DNA from: Raillietiella orientalis | Lineage: Eukaryota | Reading direction: 5' to 3' | Assembly: GCA_036172245.1 (NCBI GenBank) | Contig: JAYWIR010000009.1 | Coordinates: forward strand, 124,001-188,000 | DNA length: 64,000 nucleotides | In this document: positions 10,420 through 23,159 of the stretch, piece after piece | Layout: the number at the start of each line of letters is the position of its first letter | How positions within the stretch are numbered: position 1 is the first letter of the stretch | Made by a program: the position numbers and the translations under genes | Notes under the pieces: generated by a model | The model's database searches: none | What the model was told of the DNA's origin: nothing | The model's input: only the letters and a program-made list of their open reading frames with translations

Positions 10420-13400
10420 TCAGAGGCGGCCGCGCATGGAGGCGTCGATCCAGTCGCGGTAGTGCGACACGCGGGCATAGACCCCAGGCACGTCGGGCTG
10501 TCCGCAGCCAATACCCCAGCTGACCACGCCGACCACCACCCAGTGGCCGCCGTTTTCGCAGATGAGCGGCCCTCCTCCGTCTCCCTGCGGGACCGGGAGA
10601 GGTCAAGGAGGAGGTCGAGGCGGGGCAGCGTCTCACCTTGCAGGCGTCCTTCCCGGGCTCGCCTCCGGCGCACAGGAATCCCGGCAGTAGGCTGAATCGG
10701 TGACCCAGCCGCGTGGCCTGCAGCTTCCTCTCGCAGTCCCAGTCGCTCATAACAGGCACGTCGACCTCCTGGAAGGGACCGGAAAGAGAGGGGAACTGCT
10801 ACCTCGGGAGCGCAGCGACTGACCTTGAGGATATTGGAGTACTGCCCGTTGTTCCCAAACCCGTCCTTGCCCCAGCCAGTAACCCAGCACCTGCGGCCGC
10901 TGAAGTCCTCCCCGCGCCTCGGAAAGCACGCAGGCGAGACGTGGGGCCTGGAATGAAGGGATGGCGGGTTGGCTGGCAAAGAGGGGCCCTTTCAGAGGGC
11001 AGATAGTCTCTCACGTAAGGAAGGAGTCGACCGCTCGCTCCATCCTGACCAGAGCGATGTCGTTCTGTAGGTTTCCCGAATAGAAGTCCGGGTGGACAAT
11101 GACCGCGGAGACATCGCTCTCCACGTGCGGGTAGAACTCGGTGTCATGGTTGACGTCCCACTCTCCCAGGCGCACGCGCAGCTGCTCCGCGGAGAAGCTG
11201 CAGGGCGGGCGTGGGTGGTGAGGCCCGTCCTTCGCTGCTGCCTCTCCCCCGCACCCACCTCTTCACGCAGTGCGCCGCCGTCATGACGTAGCGCGGGTCC
11301 ACCAGCGTCCCGCCGCAGACGTACACGTTGTCGGCGCCCTCCTTTTTCAGCAGCGCCGCCTGCCACGGGTATTCCCCTGGGACAAGCGTGTCAAGGCGGA
11401 GGCAGGATGGAGTGGTGACCCCTTCGTTCCCGGCTCTTACCGAACTCGCTCTCGCCGTTGCCGCGCAGCGACCTCACTCGCCCGGCGATGCCCTTGGCGA
11501 AACGCACTCCGCATTCACCCTGGCGGCTCTGTGCCGCCGCGAAGGGCGCAGCAATCGGGTTGGTGCAACACACGTAGCCCGAGGGGCACGACTGCGGCAG
11601 AGATGATGATCTCGGGACACCCCTCTGGAAAGCAGGAAGGTTCGTTAAGAGTCTGGGAGACTTTCGCGCGTTGACCTTCCCCGATGGACCGCGAGGACTT
11701 CCACGTGCGCAAGCGGCCCAGCCCTCCCCGCCGGCCACAGCGTCTCTGCCCCCCAGCTAACTCGCTCTTCCCACCAACCCCACCCTCCCCACCTACGGAC
11801 TCCGCGGGGGTGAGGGGTGTCAGTCATGCCGCTCCCGAGTCCGTCGTCGCAGGACCGCGCATTCCGGAGGAGCCGTTCCTGCTCACCTGCTCTCCCTGCG
11901 GCGCCCCGGGAGAAGCGGGCTGAGGGCGGGGTGTCCCCACGTGCCTCCTCTTCCTGTCCTCGAACCGGACCCTTCCTGTCCGTCGCTCGCCTCCGGACTC
12001 CATCGCTTCCAAGGGGACCTCCGCCAGAGGGCGGGAAGGCGGGTCGCCGCCACTGGGGCTCTCCTGCTTCCCCCTCCTTCCGACGTCTGGATCCCCGAAG
12101 AGGACTCTCCCGCCGCGAGAGGCCCCCTCGAGCCGTAGGACCGGCAGCGGGCCGCTCAGGACAGTCCCACCCTCACGAGGGGGCCCCGACTCCCTGTGGT
12201 TTCCGGGAAAGGTGGGAGGGGCCGGAAGCGACCCCGCAGGGTCGTGACCGGGTGCATGGCCGCGCACTGCCGCCGCCAGCGTCGAGTGGTGGGTCTGCTG
12301 TCGCGGCGGGTCGCGCGAGGGGAAGGCCGGGTCGTGCTGCGCCGAGGGATAGGAAGATGCGGAGGAGACGAGCTTGTAGCTGATCTCGGGGATCCCGTAG
12401 ACTGGCTTGGGGGGCCCGTAGACCGGTTTCGGAGGCCCGTAGACCGGTTTTGGAGGCCCGTAGACCGGTTTTGGAGGCCCGTAGACCGGTTTCGGAGGCC
12501 CGTAGACCGGCTTCGGAGGTCCATAGACCGGCTTCGGAGGCCCGTAGACCGGCTTTGGAGGCCCGTAGACCGGCTTCGGAGGTCCATAGACCGGCTTCGG
12601 GGGCCTGTAGACCGGCTTGGGCCTTCCGTACCCCAAGGCGGCAGGAGGACCGTACGAGGTCTTGTGGGGTGTGTAGTCCAACGCCGTCAGCTCGTCGTCG
12701 AGGTCCAGGAGGTCCTCGGTCTGCAGCCCCAGACCTTGTCGTGAATGGGAAAGGAGGAGATGGCTTTGGAGAGAAGGAAAGGGAAATAGCGCGGGGGCCG
12801 GCCGCGGATGCGGAAGCTGCGCTTCGCGAGCGGCGGTGGCGGCGGCGGCGAGGGGTGAAGGGGATTGAAGGCGAACAGGGGGGGAGAGAAATCAAAAGCC
12901 CCGCGTACCTGGATGCGGATCGAAAGGGAGGGCGGATCCCGGCCCCCCTCCTCCCAGGAGGGCACCCTGAGGAGATCCTCCCACGAGGAAGTTGAGGAAA
13001 GGACGGAGGTAAGGCTTTTTCTTGTCGTGTTCCAAGCTGATTCCATAGTAGGGGAGGGCCGGGACAGGGCCCCCGTTGGAGAAGGGCAACCGGATGAGGA
13101 CGGGGTTCCCCACGAAGCTGGCCCCGATGGCGGGCCGCACGAACTTCTTCAGGAACAACTAGGGAGCGGGAGAGCTAGGCGTGCGCTCGCAAGGAGGAGG
13201 GGTGGCACTGGGGAAAGATAGGGAGAGGGGTCGAGAGGAGGTGCTTACTTCTGCCAGCCCTATCCGTGCTTCTCGTCTCACCCGCCCGCGATCCTCGCGT
13301 CCCCCGCTCACCGCCTCGCCCGCGCGCTCCTGGAAGAACACATACGCGCATGGCCGAGAGGTTCCCTTGGCACCCGGGGAAGCTTGCGGTGCTCCCGAAA

Positions 13401-16400
13401 CTCGCGAGTCGGGGAGTAAACCCCCCTTCTTACCACTGGTCCTACGATGACCCCCGCAGGGGCCTTCAGTGCTACGTGCGAGGCAGTCCGGGAAACCTTC
13501 GACGAAAGTTCGTCGCGCCGGTGCCGGCTCAGTCCGCCGGCCGTCGAGTTTCTGGGAGGGGCGTCCGTCCTTCCAGCCATCCTCTGGGGGCGACCGCTTA
13601 CAACCACCGAGTCCTCTGCATCTGTCTTCCTCCTCTCCTCCTCCTCCCCCTCCAGGTCGTCCTCGTCGTCGTCTTCGGCTGCAGCGATGAATTCCGCGGC
13701 GTTGCCACCAGCATGGCTGTGCCTGGGGTCTAGCAGCGTGTCTTCGTCTCCTGTCCTGCTCAGGACGTCCTTAGGAGAGCAGAGGTGAACCGGAACGCAA
13801 CGGCATGAGATCTGCTGGGGGCTCGAAAAGGAGCCCTGCAGGAGGCTCGAGGAAGGCTGCAGGGAGACCTGCAGAGTTCCAGTAAACTGGGAGGGTGGCC
13901 AGCCGCCCGTCGGCACCGGAGCGTAGGCCTGCTGCTGCTGGGTTGCTGGAGGGAGGACACCGCCGAAGGAGCCGGACGCTGCGCCGGGTCTCGGGAAGGA
14001 GCTGGAAACGGGCGCCGCTCCTCCGAAGGCGGCGGCGGCACCCACATATTGCTGGCTGGAGGAGGAAGGCGGGGGCAGCAGACCGGAGGACTGAGGAGGT
14101 GGAGCAGGAGGGGACACTCCCTGAGGGAGAGCGCCATTGGAGCCGACGAAGGGATCGTAGATGGGTTTAGGAGGCGCGGCTGCTGCCGGAGCCAATGGCA
14201 CGTAGGGGACCTCCTCGTATGTTGGTCTCGAGGGTCCGTAGCCGAAGCTGGGTTTGGGAGGCCCGTAAGACGGTCTTGGTGGCCCGTAGGCGGGCTTGGG
14301 AGGTCCGTAGGCGGGCTTGGGAGGTCCATAGGCGGGCTTAGGGGGTCCGTAGGCGGGCTTGGGGTACCCGTAGGGCGCCTCAGCGGGGATAGCGGGGATG
14401 ACTCCGCCTACTGGCCGGATCTCCACGGGCTGCACAAAGAGGACGTCGTCCAAATAACCACCTGACTTCTTGTTCCCGCCGCACTACAAGAGCCGTGGTC
14501 GTGGTGATGATGCATCAGCTGTCGACCCCGTCCCGGACCCTGACCTTGAACAACTTGAGGTCGCAGAGCTTCTCCTTGATGTGAAAGCGCGCCTGGATTT
14601 CGTCGCCCTGGGCGACCGCCCTCTTCACGAGCGGGTCGTTGGCAATCTCCTCGTAATGTCGGTTCTCCATTTCGATCTCGCGGATGCTGTGCCTGCCTGT
14701 GATGTTGGCTTCTTCTTCCAAATCACGCAGGTCCAGGATCGTTTCCACAATCAGCTCCTCTAGCTTCTCGTCCGTCGCTGCGGAAAAAAGGAGCAGAGGT
14801 ATTTCATGCTTCACGGCGGCAGCGGAGGGGGAGGAAAACTCACAGCTGGCAGGCGCTTCCCGGAGGGCTGCTTCAGGGGTCCCTGGAATGCTTTCTCCCG
14901 GACCCTCGGGAAACAGCACTCGCGCCTTCCTTCCTCCTTCGCTGCCGACCCTCGAGTTCCTCAGGAATGGCGAAGAGGAGGTGATGTTCTTGGCGAGCCT
15001 AGACGGCGTCCGGCGGGTCGATTGGTCGACGGCACCAGAAGCAGGCCACGTCCACTCCTCGCAAAACACCCACGCAGAGGACAGCAAAAAGGCCAGCGAG
15101 CTCCGCAGGAGCGCGTCTGTACTGAGACTGGAAGAAGCGGAGAACGGTGAGGGAGGAGCTGGGGTTACCGGGTTGGGGCGTGGAAAAAAATGTCCGGGCT
15201 CTAGTCTCGGTAGCGGTTAACAGGCTCCCCCCTATGTCTTGAGTGACAATGCTCTCAAGCAAGGAGACAGGGAATGGGGAGGCGATTTCCTCGTTGCCTT
15301 TCCTGTCCCATTCGGTGACCTCTAAGATCAGCTGTCCTTCCGGAGCGAGGAACGCAAATTTCCCTGGCCAGAGTAAAAACTGTGGTAGGGATGGTAGGGA
15401 CCAAAAATGATCTGCTCGTTCAGCGGTTACTCTATCGGGGACAGACGAACTGTCCTGGGCCGCCTGGTGCTCGAGAGAAAGAGCAGTCAGAGAAAAGGAA
15501 GTTCGGGAGCAAAACAGTCCTTGATTCAGGGCGGTTATCTTTAAGAGTCGATCTAAGAAGGGAGGATCGCTTTGGAGTGGAGGGAAGAGCGGGGCAATTC
15601 CTGGAAAAACGATTCGAGTCGGAGAATCCTTCTGAGGACGGTCGCTTCCATGATTTTCAGACCCCACCCCCACCGCTGCGAAACTTCCTGGCGAGTGCCC
15701 TGTGTCTCCTTGCGCCATCCCCGCCTACGGAAAAACGGAAGCATTCCGAGTGGGCGTGGGCCAGCAAATTTGTCACCCGAAAATTATTCCTTGTTATGTA
15801 CGCTCCTTGTGGATCTCGGGAAGAGTCCGCGTCGTGTGAACCGTCGGTTGATGCTCGGACGAGTAGCTGGGGAGGAGACACCTGCCCCGGCAAAAGGAGT
15901 GGATGCGTTTCCGCTGTCTCTACCCCTCCCAGTCCTCGCGACGAAAAGTCGGGGCCCGACACCTCCCGCTCCCGTCACGGCGCAGCCGGGCGCGACTTTC
16001 CTTTCTCCTATTCGAAGGTGCGCGTGCCCATTCCACGCGTCCGGTGAAAGCGTGCCGAAAGGGGTCAGGAGGACGCCATCCGGACCAGAGCGAGGGGAGA
16101 GGCTTCACTTCCGCTTGAAGGAGTATCGGAACTTCCTCTAGCCACTCCCCAGCCCCCTCTTCCCTTCGCGCTGCTCGGCTGAGAGGTTGATGGGAGTGGA
16201 GTGGAGGAGCAAAACAAACTTGCTCAAGGAGGAGGGAGCACCGTTCCTGACAATAGGAGCTCTGATGACGAGGTGGGGAAAAAGGTGGCAGCCCAATGCT
16301 CTTCTTCTTCGTCAAGGACGAATACTGAGAGTTCCTTTCTCGCGGGTCTTCCCTCCCTCCCCACTTTTCTCCGCGCGGGGCAGCAAGAGAGTGAGCTCCC

Positions 16401-16526
16401 TCCTTCTCAGCGAGCACAAATGGGAGGGAAGCCTCGCTTCCACAACCGAGTCCCCACTCTGGCTCCATCTTTCCCCTCCCTCCCTTCTCGAACGAGACAA
16501 TGGGATCAGGGGCGCACTTACCGCAT
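10420..16526 (-). CDS. Clip-domain serine protease homologue (non-catalytic; Drosophila CG4998/CLIPA-like) with Tyr/Pro-rich repeats
   Basis: 5' exons 16526-16522 (ATG CG|GTAAGT), 15127-14844 (signal peptide [29 protein letters not shown]), 14777-14545 ([21 protein letters not shown]), and 14483 to about 13602 (CRCVPVHLC). Middle exons are unresolved. Protease exons: about 11591-11441, 11376-11259 (GEYPWQ, TAAHC), 11197-11015 ([20 protein letters not shown]), 10947-10824, 10768-10637 and 10584-10420 (GDGGGP, catalytic Ser replaced by Gly). Resolved junctions are phase-compatible. Confidence 0.9.
12394..12632 (-). repeat. Coding 21-bp tandem repeat, about 11 units of YGPPKPV
   Basis: Units like GTAGACCGGTTTCGGAGGCCC recur every 21 bp and translate on the minus strand as (YGPPKPV)n. 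Confidence 0.95.
14230..14375 (-). repeat. Coding 21-bp tandem repeat, about 6 units of YGPPKP(A/S)
   Basis: GTAGGCGGGCTTGGGAGGTCC-type units; translation YGYPKPA-(YGPPKPA)3[14 protein letters not shown]. Confidence 0.9.
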
Positions 16527-16599
16527 CGTTCGGGAAGAGGCTGCGCGCTTCTCAGAGCTGGCTCATGTGTGCGACGTGACCGGCTCGCCGCTGCTTCCG

Positions 16600-16645
16600 A
16601 GAATGACTGGCATTCCCGCCGACCCGGCCGGTCGCTTTTTATAAG
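16600..16645 (-). promoter_or_regulatory. TATA box and Inr-like core promoter of the serine protease homologue gene
   Basis: Minus-strand TATAAAAA at 16643-16636, with CCAGTCATTC about 30-35 nt downstream and the first coding exon starting at 16526. Confidence 0.6.
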
Positions 16646-16839
16646 AAAACTGGGTCAGCGCCTCCGCATCCACCACGCGTCTCAGCATCCTTGATTGCAG
16701 CAGACTGGTGGAGGTGCATAGAAAGGCGGCTGCTCCGAGTTCCCCCGGTCTCCGGAGAGCGTCCGTCCTCGGGTCCCCTTCGGCATCCGTGTGACCCAGT
16801 GGAGACCCAAGTGAGGGAGGCGTCTCAGCTCCGTCGTCA

Positions 16840-16940
16840 CGAGAAGGGAACGAGCTTCCGGAAGATTCCCCCGCAAGGGGTGCCTGGAGACCTCCAGAGG
16901 GGGAACAGAGACGACCCACAGCCGAAATCCTTTCCTGGAG
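16840..16940 (-). repeat. Decayed fragment of the ~40-bp array module of the dispersed repeat
   Basis: Reverse complement CCCCTTGCGGGGGAATCTTCCGGAAG resembles CCCTTGCGGGGGATCCCTCCGGAGAAG at about 4452-4478. Confidence 0.4.
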
Positions 16941-19900
16941 GACCGGGGCATCTCCTGCTACTGGGGAGGGGATAGTAGCTTTCTTCTTTGTTTTCCCCTC
17001 CTTCTAACGCTCACGCTTTCTTGGCTCATGGGTAGAAAGGAAAAAGAGAGGATGGGGTGGTGATGACATCTGCTATGAGGTAGTCGCTGCCGTTTCATTG
17101 GGCTGCATGGAACGACAGCGTAGTCGCACGGCTACCAACAGACTCTCCATGAAGGGGCGAAGCGCTGACAAACGATCCTTTTCAGCCTTCCCCTCCACCC
17201 ATGGCTCAGAGGATCGCGCCATCGTCCCAACTGATACCTTCGTCCTTCCTACTCAGGCTGCCACGATGTTTCCGGGAGAGCTCAAACTTTTGCCGCGAGG
17301 GTGGGAACGTCTGGATTCCCACTCCCGCCGCCATGTAATCGCACGGGTTGAGTCGTGGCGTCCGGCTTAGCACGTGCCAGCTCCGAACCAAACCTGCTCC
17401 TCCTTCTGCTGCCTTCCATCCAGGAGAGGAGTAGAAGTTATGCTCCAGAGCTCTGGAAATCCCCGAGGATGCGAGCAGCTGGAGAATTCTCTTCCCTCGA
17501 CAACCTTTCCATCTCCGAGACTACTCGAGGTGAGAGCTATGGGTTGTCTGTATGAAATGTGTCGGGGTTTCGAAAGTCACAAAAGTCAGTAGCAGGTGGA
17601 TCCAGTCTCCAGGCAGAAATTTCTATTCTTGATTTCGTGAAGTTTCTTTCTACTTCCCATACGATTCATGCGCTCTGGGAGAAAACATCAGTGCGAGTGC
17701 CGAACGAATTCCTTCAGCTGCTGCTGTCTTTAGACTATGTGAAATAGATGCCAGTTTCAAAAAGTTGTGATCCTTGATGGCCTGCACGGTCTGAGTCGCC
17801 TCGTTTGTTCGGCAGATACGATTTTGATGCTAACGAAGATTTTGAAATTCATCGGGACAAGAGGTAAGTCTTGGACTTTGTCTTAAACTCCAACGGGGAA
17901 GCACATCTTCGGGGATGGTGCACCGCGCATGAATCCTTGGTTGCTTTATTCTTCCATGTTTCATCCATTGAAACAAGGATTTTGCTCTGTCCATTGGAGA
18001 GTGGTCAGCAAACTTTTTCAGAACGATCATCCCATTCCAGACGCTCCAGTGAGTGAGCTGCGCATCGGTTTGGGGAGAGAAACGGCTGCTGCTGCTCTTC
18101 GCTGCTTGCCGGTTCGTCAAAATGTTCAACTATGCACAAGACGCACTCAGAATCGGAACCATTTCTCCTGTTCAAAGATGACCGAAGGAGGACTCACCAC
18201 ATCGGCTGATTTTCGTCACCATGACGTGCAGCCCTCTTCAGAGACTGAAGAGGAAGAGGGAAAGGAAAAGTGGCGAGCTGTTCCGAATGCGCAAGCGCGA
18301 GAGGCTTCGTTGGATTTCCAAGAACTCCTTGGGCCGGAAATTCCTCCTTCGTCTATCGCCCATGGCAACCGCGTCCAGGTGACCGCCATCCCGGAGACAA
18401 AACATTTCTCTCCTAGAGCTCGAAGCGAAGCTCCGCCTGCTCGCCGTCTTGTGCCAAAGATTTATGAGCCCTCTTCGGGGCGTGAGACCGCAGCTGCAGA
18501 AGCTGACGCAGGTAAACATCCAAGCAGTAAACATCATCTCCGTGCACGAGGAAGGAAGGAAGGAAGGTCAAGAGCGGCGCGGACGAGTGGGCGCTCCTCG
18601 CCGTCGGCGTCGGTGGTGGCCGACTCAAAAGAAGGACGGCACTCCTCAGCGAGACAATAGACGTGTCGTTTACTGCTTGTGCACTGCGTGTCTTCCCCCC
18701 CCCCCCTCCCCTCCCCAGCCGCAACGCCTCCGCCGACTCTGGCTCCCTGCCTTCCGGAGTCTCTGAGGAGTACTGATTCACCCATGAGCGGCAGCGCTGT
18801 CCCGGTGCTCCTGAGAGTTGGCAGAGACAACCACCCCCCTGCCTCGTGCGCACCTCTGTTTGCTACCCCGGAGCCGCCGCTGCTCGCAGCTCCTCGTGAG
18901 AACGACAAAAGGGGAAGGCACGCGCTCCTCCCTATCTCCTGTTTCCTCGCTGAAGGAAGAGTTATGGCAACGACGGAAGAATATTCGATGTGGCAGCATC
19001 AGCCCCAAGGAAGAGCGGAAAGAAGGAAAGGACCGGCTGCCGGACGTCCGAGCACTCACATGCGATCGGGTGAGAGAAACTGTGCTGTTGAGGAAACTTC
19101 TGAAGATGAGCTGCTGGTGTGGAGCTGTGGAGGTGCTTGCAGTGGTTGATTGGGGAGAGGCGGACCAGTGAGACAGGAAGAAGAACCTTCCGCTGCTTCT
19201 TTCTGAAGAGTCGTCCCAAGCAGATCTCTCCCTTCCGGGTGATGGTGGAGGCAAGGGACCATCCCTCGGGATAGTTCCCACCACTTCTTGTTTCATCTTC
19301 CGGAATGCACAGTCTCCCTCCGAGGAAGGAACCGGAAGCGAGGAGGACGCCGGCAGAGCGGGTTCCCTTCTGCATCCGGTCGCACTCGCTCGGCGGTGCG
19401 AGCGACCTCGTTCGCCGCAGCCGGATGTGCTCTCCAGCTGAAGGAAAGTGCAAGTTGGAGAAGGGGGAAAGGGCGCGCTCAAGGGAGGAGCGTCATCCGG
19501 CAGCCTCAGTCCTCGGGAGAGGCGGAAGCAGCGGGTCGGGGCATTCATCCGCCCGCCCAGCCGTGATGCAGGGAGATGCGCGGCTGGGACCTTTCGCTAC
19601 CGTGGTAGCGTCAGAGGTTCCACGTCTGCTGCCGGGATAGTCTTCCCCGGCACCGCTGACCCTTCTCACCCGCGGTGCTGTAAACCCGAATGCAGCCGCC
19701 TCATCCGACCCGGAGCTGTGCCGCCCAGCATTTCGCAACGCGCCCACGTCCGGCGAAGGAGAAAGCGGACTCACGAAGAGGAGGGAAAAATTACCCGGGT
19801 GCCTCAGGCAGCCTCAGAGGGCAAGCCGGCTTTCTGCGCGAGTCGGTCTCGAAGGGGGCTGGGGAAAAGGAAAGTGGAAAGAAGCAAAGGGGGGGGGAGG

Positions 19901-21350
19901 ATGGTCCAGAGATCCAGAGGAAGGGAGGGAGAGAAGGAGGGATGGTCGCGCTGAAATTCCAGAGACGAAGCTCAAGGGCGCCTTTTGTGGCAGAGGAGGA
20001 GCTCGGCAACTCTGACTCGAGAAGGCCCCTTTGCCATGTGTGCTGTGTGCAGATCGCGCGCTCCGGCTCTGGCTCGGAAGAGGGTCATCGGAAGTGGCAG
20101 CCCCAGGAGGAGGAGAAACGTTGCGATGAAGGAGCAAGATGGTGACCTGGAGCTCCCGCGGGGAAGGACGCGCAGCTCGTCTCCTGGCAACGCGCGTCAA
20201 GCTGCGGAGCGTCCCGCTTTGGCGTCGCGAGCTCTCTAGAACCTTCGGCAGGAAAATCGTTTTCCCATGCGAAGCTCGTAGCCCTCACTGAGGCTCTCAA
20301 GGAAGCCAGCCCGCTCTCGGCGGATTGACGATCGCGGAATGTGCGGGATGAGAAGAGGGGAGACCCCCTTCAGAAGAGGAGGAGAGAGGGTGTGCGCGTC
20401 CCTCCGGTGCAGCGGAACTCCCCACCAAGAGTCCAACAAGCACGTGCGTAATCACGTGCGCGCGTCTCCGCAAGTTGCTCCGCGCTTCCCATTACACTTC
20501 CGGGCCGCCCGTGCAGACGCGAAGCGTCGCTGCGATGAACGGAAGGCCTGACCGGTGTAAGCACCTCTTCCCGCCGAAGGCCCTTCCTGTCCAAGAGGCC
20601 TTGGCGATACCACCGTTCCTCTTGCTCCTGGAAAGCTCCGCGCGGGATGTAGTCGCTTTTCTTGAATGACATGCGAGGCCGTCTAAGGCATAGTTCCGTC
20701 CGTCTGCCGCGCCGGGCTGTGAGGTCTGCCCACCTGGGCAGGGAGCGCGCAGCAGCGGTCTCCTAACCGTGCGACGTCCCCCCCCCTTCCAAAACTCGTG
20801 CGGAGTTTCTTCCTCCCGGACGGACTTTCCGCGTCCTCGCCCGAGGCTGCGGATGCCTCAGGCGCACTACCTACGAGGATGTGACGAGAGGTCGTCTTCC
20901 TCCTCCACACGTCTCCATGTTTCGCAGAGCGGTAGGGAGGTCTTGCTCGGACCTGGAAGTGAGAGGACATCGCCTGCACCGTGCAAGTGACAGGAACCAG
21001 AAGGGCTGCAGCCAGATTCTTCCTCGCTCTCCTCCCTCCCCCTGACTACATTATTTATTTACTTTTGGCTGTTTATCGTCCACTGCTGCCCGCTGTATCA
21101 CTTCAGGTTCCTCTTCCCAGACCAAATGCTCGTCGGACGGACGATCTCCGTCCTGTGGAACTGCAATGGGTATGTCGTCTGTGTCCGTCCATTAATGGAC
21201 AGTAAAGACACTCCGGCACAAGCGGCTCAGGAACTCGTGGCAGTTCCTCTGGAGTCGTGACCACAGAGTCACTCCCTCTTCCCAATCCTTGCATATCCCT
21301 TTACTTGTCGGCCCGCCTAGCGAAGTGCCGACCCCCTCGTCTCTCGTCAG

Positions 21351-22894
21351 AGGATGAATGATCTTTCCTTTTGGCAGCCGCGTTCACTCAGCTTGCACAA
21401 ATGGTCCGTAGCATCCAAGATGGCGCTTCCTGCGGGAGAACAGGAGCTGGTAAAAGATGCTGCGAAAGTGGACGCGGCTTCTCGAGCAGAAGAGTACATC
21501 ACCGTAGGTTGGGTGAGAAAGAAAAAAAAAACAAAAGAAAGCATGAGGAGGAGATGATGAGTCTCTTCGAGCCTGGATTGATTTCTGATCTCCCCTGAGT
21601 CTCGATCAGCTGCTTGCGAGTGCCGAAATCCACGATCTGATGAAGACTGTCGGGGTAAAGAGCAGGATGAAGTCAGAAGAATGGGATAGCGAAACGAATC
21701 CCCAAGTGAATCATTGACTCACCTTCGATAGTACAGAAATGACGTTTAATTTAAGGTACATGAATTTATAATTTTTTATCTTCGAAACAAGGGCCTCTGT
21801 GTGGCTATCCGGCCAAACTTCTCGTTACTTTTAGAAAACAATTCAGGACTTGGTGAAATAAAAGCGATCAAAAATTACTTTCTGGCAGGGTTCTATTCGC
21901 GGGTGCGAAGCCATCTATGCGCGGGAACTTTGAAAAAAGGACGGGTTTGTTCCCTCCACCCAGCCGGGAAAAATCCAGCCTTAAGAGCGTGGATCTCCGA
22001 GACCGAAGAGCGCTTGAGCGCGAGGCAGTGCTTCCATCTCGCAGGCTCACGCCGTAGTTCGCCACGACGTGCTTTGGCAGCGGCGCCGACCCGAGTCCTC
22101 CTGCATCACCCTTGCACACCTTGCGCGCGTGCGCCGACATGCGGCGAGGCCCCCGCGGCCCCTGCTGGGAAGACGCAACGAGAAGTTCGGATCTTTCGGC
22201 GTGATCGATGGACGCGGCAGCAGCGGGTGCTTTGGCGGCGGCATCCGCCGCGAGTTCACGGAAAAGTTCAGAAAGTCCTTCCAGACGTGGGAAAGGAGAC
22301 CGCGAGATGATTGCGTCTTGCCCCCTCCCCCACGGGCTCCACCATCGCGTGCGCTCCCGCTGCGACCGGCTGGTTGGTTACACAAGCCAATTTCTCTTCT
22401 CCCAAGAAGTTGCGCAACCTCCGACTCCACATGGCACACAAAGAGGGAGACACGAAGGCTCACCTTGTAGTGACGTCAGAGAGCGCCTTGTCGCTAGGAG
22501 AGTGCTGTATGTCTGCGGACGGCGGGCCGGAGGCACGTCTCCCGGTGGGCCGCCGGAGCTCGCCGCTTGCCACTGCCCGGGCGGGGCACCACGTCGGTTG
22601 ACTGCCGCGGGTGAGATGCGGGCAGGCAGGTCCGGAGTTGGCTCCCTGCTCGGAGTCGCCGCGCAACCGCTTCCGTCGGCACCTGTCACCCGCCCGCAGG
22701 GACCCCCGTGAGCCACGCACGCCGCTTCCGCCACCTCCGGCATAGTGGCTGCGGTGCTGCCCCGGGCGAAGCTCTCCTTGGACACGTACGCGCGCGCCAT
22801 CTAGCTGCGCGGCCTCAGCCTCTCAGCAGCTTCCCCCGCTTGCCGTCTCGAGGATCGGCGCCGCCTTTGCTCTTTGGGCACCGAGGGCGTCTGA
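21351..22894 (+). pseudogene. Probable PP2C-like (PP2D1-like) degenerate gene or pseudogene
   Basis: Phase-compatible exons 21351-21503 and 22045 onward give ...EEYIT|AHAVVRHDVLWQ...GRRNEKFGSFGVIDGRG (cf. FFGVFDGHG). Further on come VLYVCG, CPGGAPRRLT (cf. C..G.A..LT) and LGTEGV-TGA (cf. LGSDGVW), with frameshifts and a stop at 22892-22894. Confidence 0.4.
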
Positions 22895-23159
22895 ATCGCA
22901 GAGCGATCGGTCGGCAGCGGCTGGAGGAGCGCCACCGGGGCGAGTGCCCGCGACTATGAGGATCTGCCACCCGCAGCATCTCGAACCTGCGAAACCCTCC
23001 ACCGCCTGCATTCTGCGGGGGACGCAGCGGTTTCCTGTGAAAGATCCTGGGAGAGTCTCCTCCCCCTCGCTGGACTTGCCGCTTTGCTTCCGGCTTTTTT
23101 TTTTCTCCTTTTTTGTCGTTCTCAAGGAGTGCTGAAGGACCGTCCGCCTCCGCAGGGGG

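Noticed and set aside
12394..12632. Regular repeat as a possible CRISPR array
   Set aside because: Contiguous 21-bp units with no spacers, in frame in a eukaryotic exon; no cas genes.
21636..21700. CTGATGA...GAAAC as an intact hammerhead ribozyme
   Set aside because: No stem II closes directly onto GAAA, and I found no stem I or III pairing.
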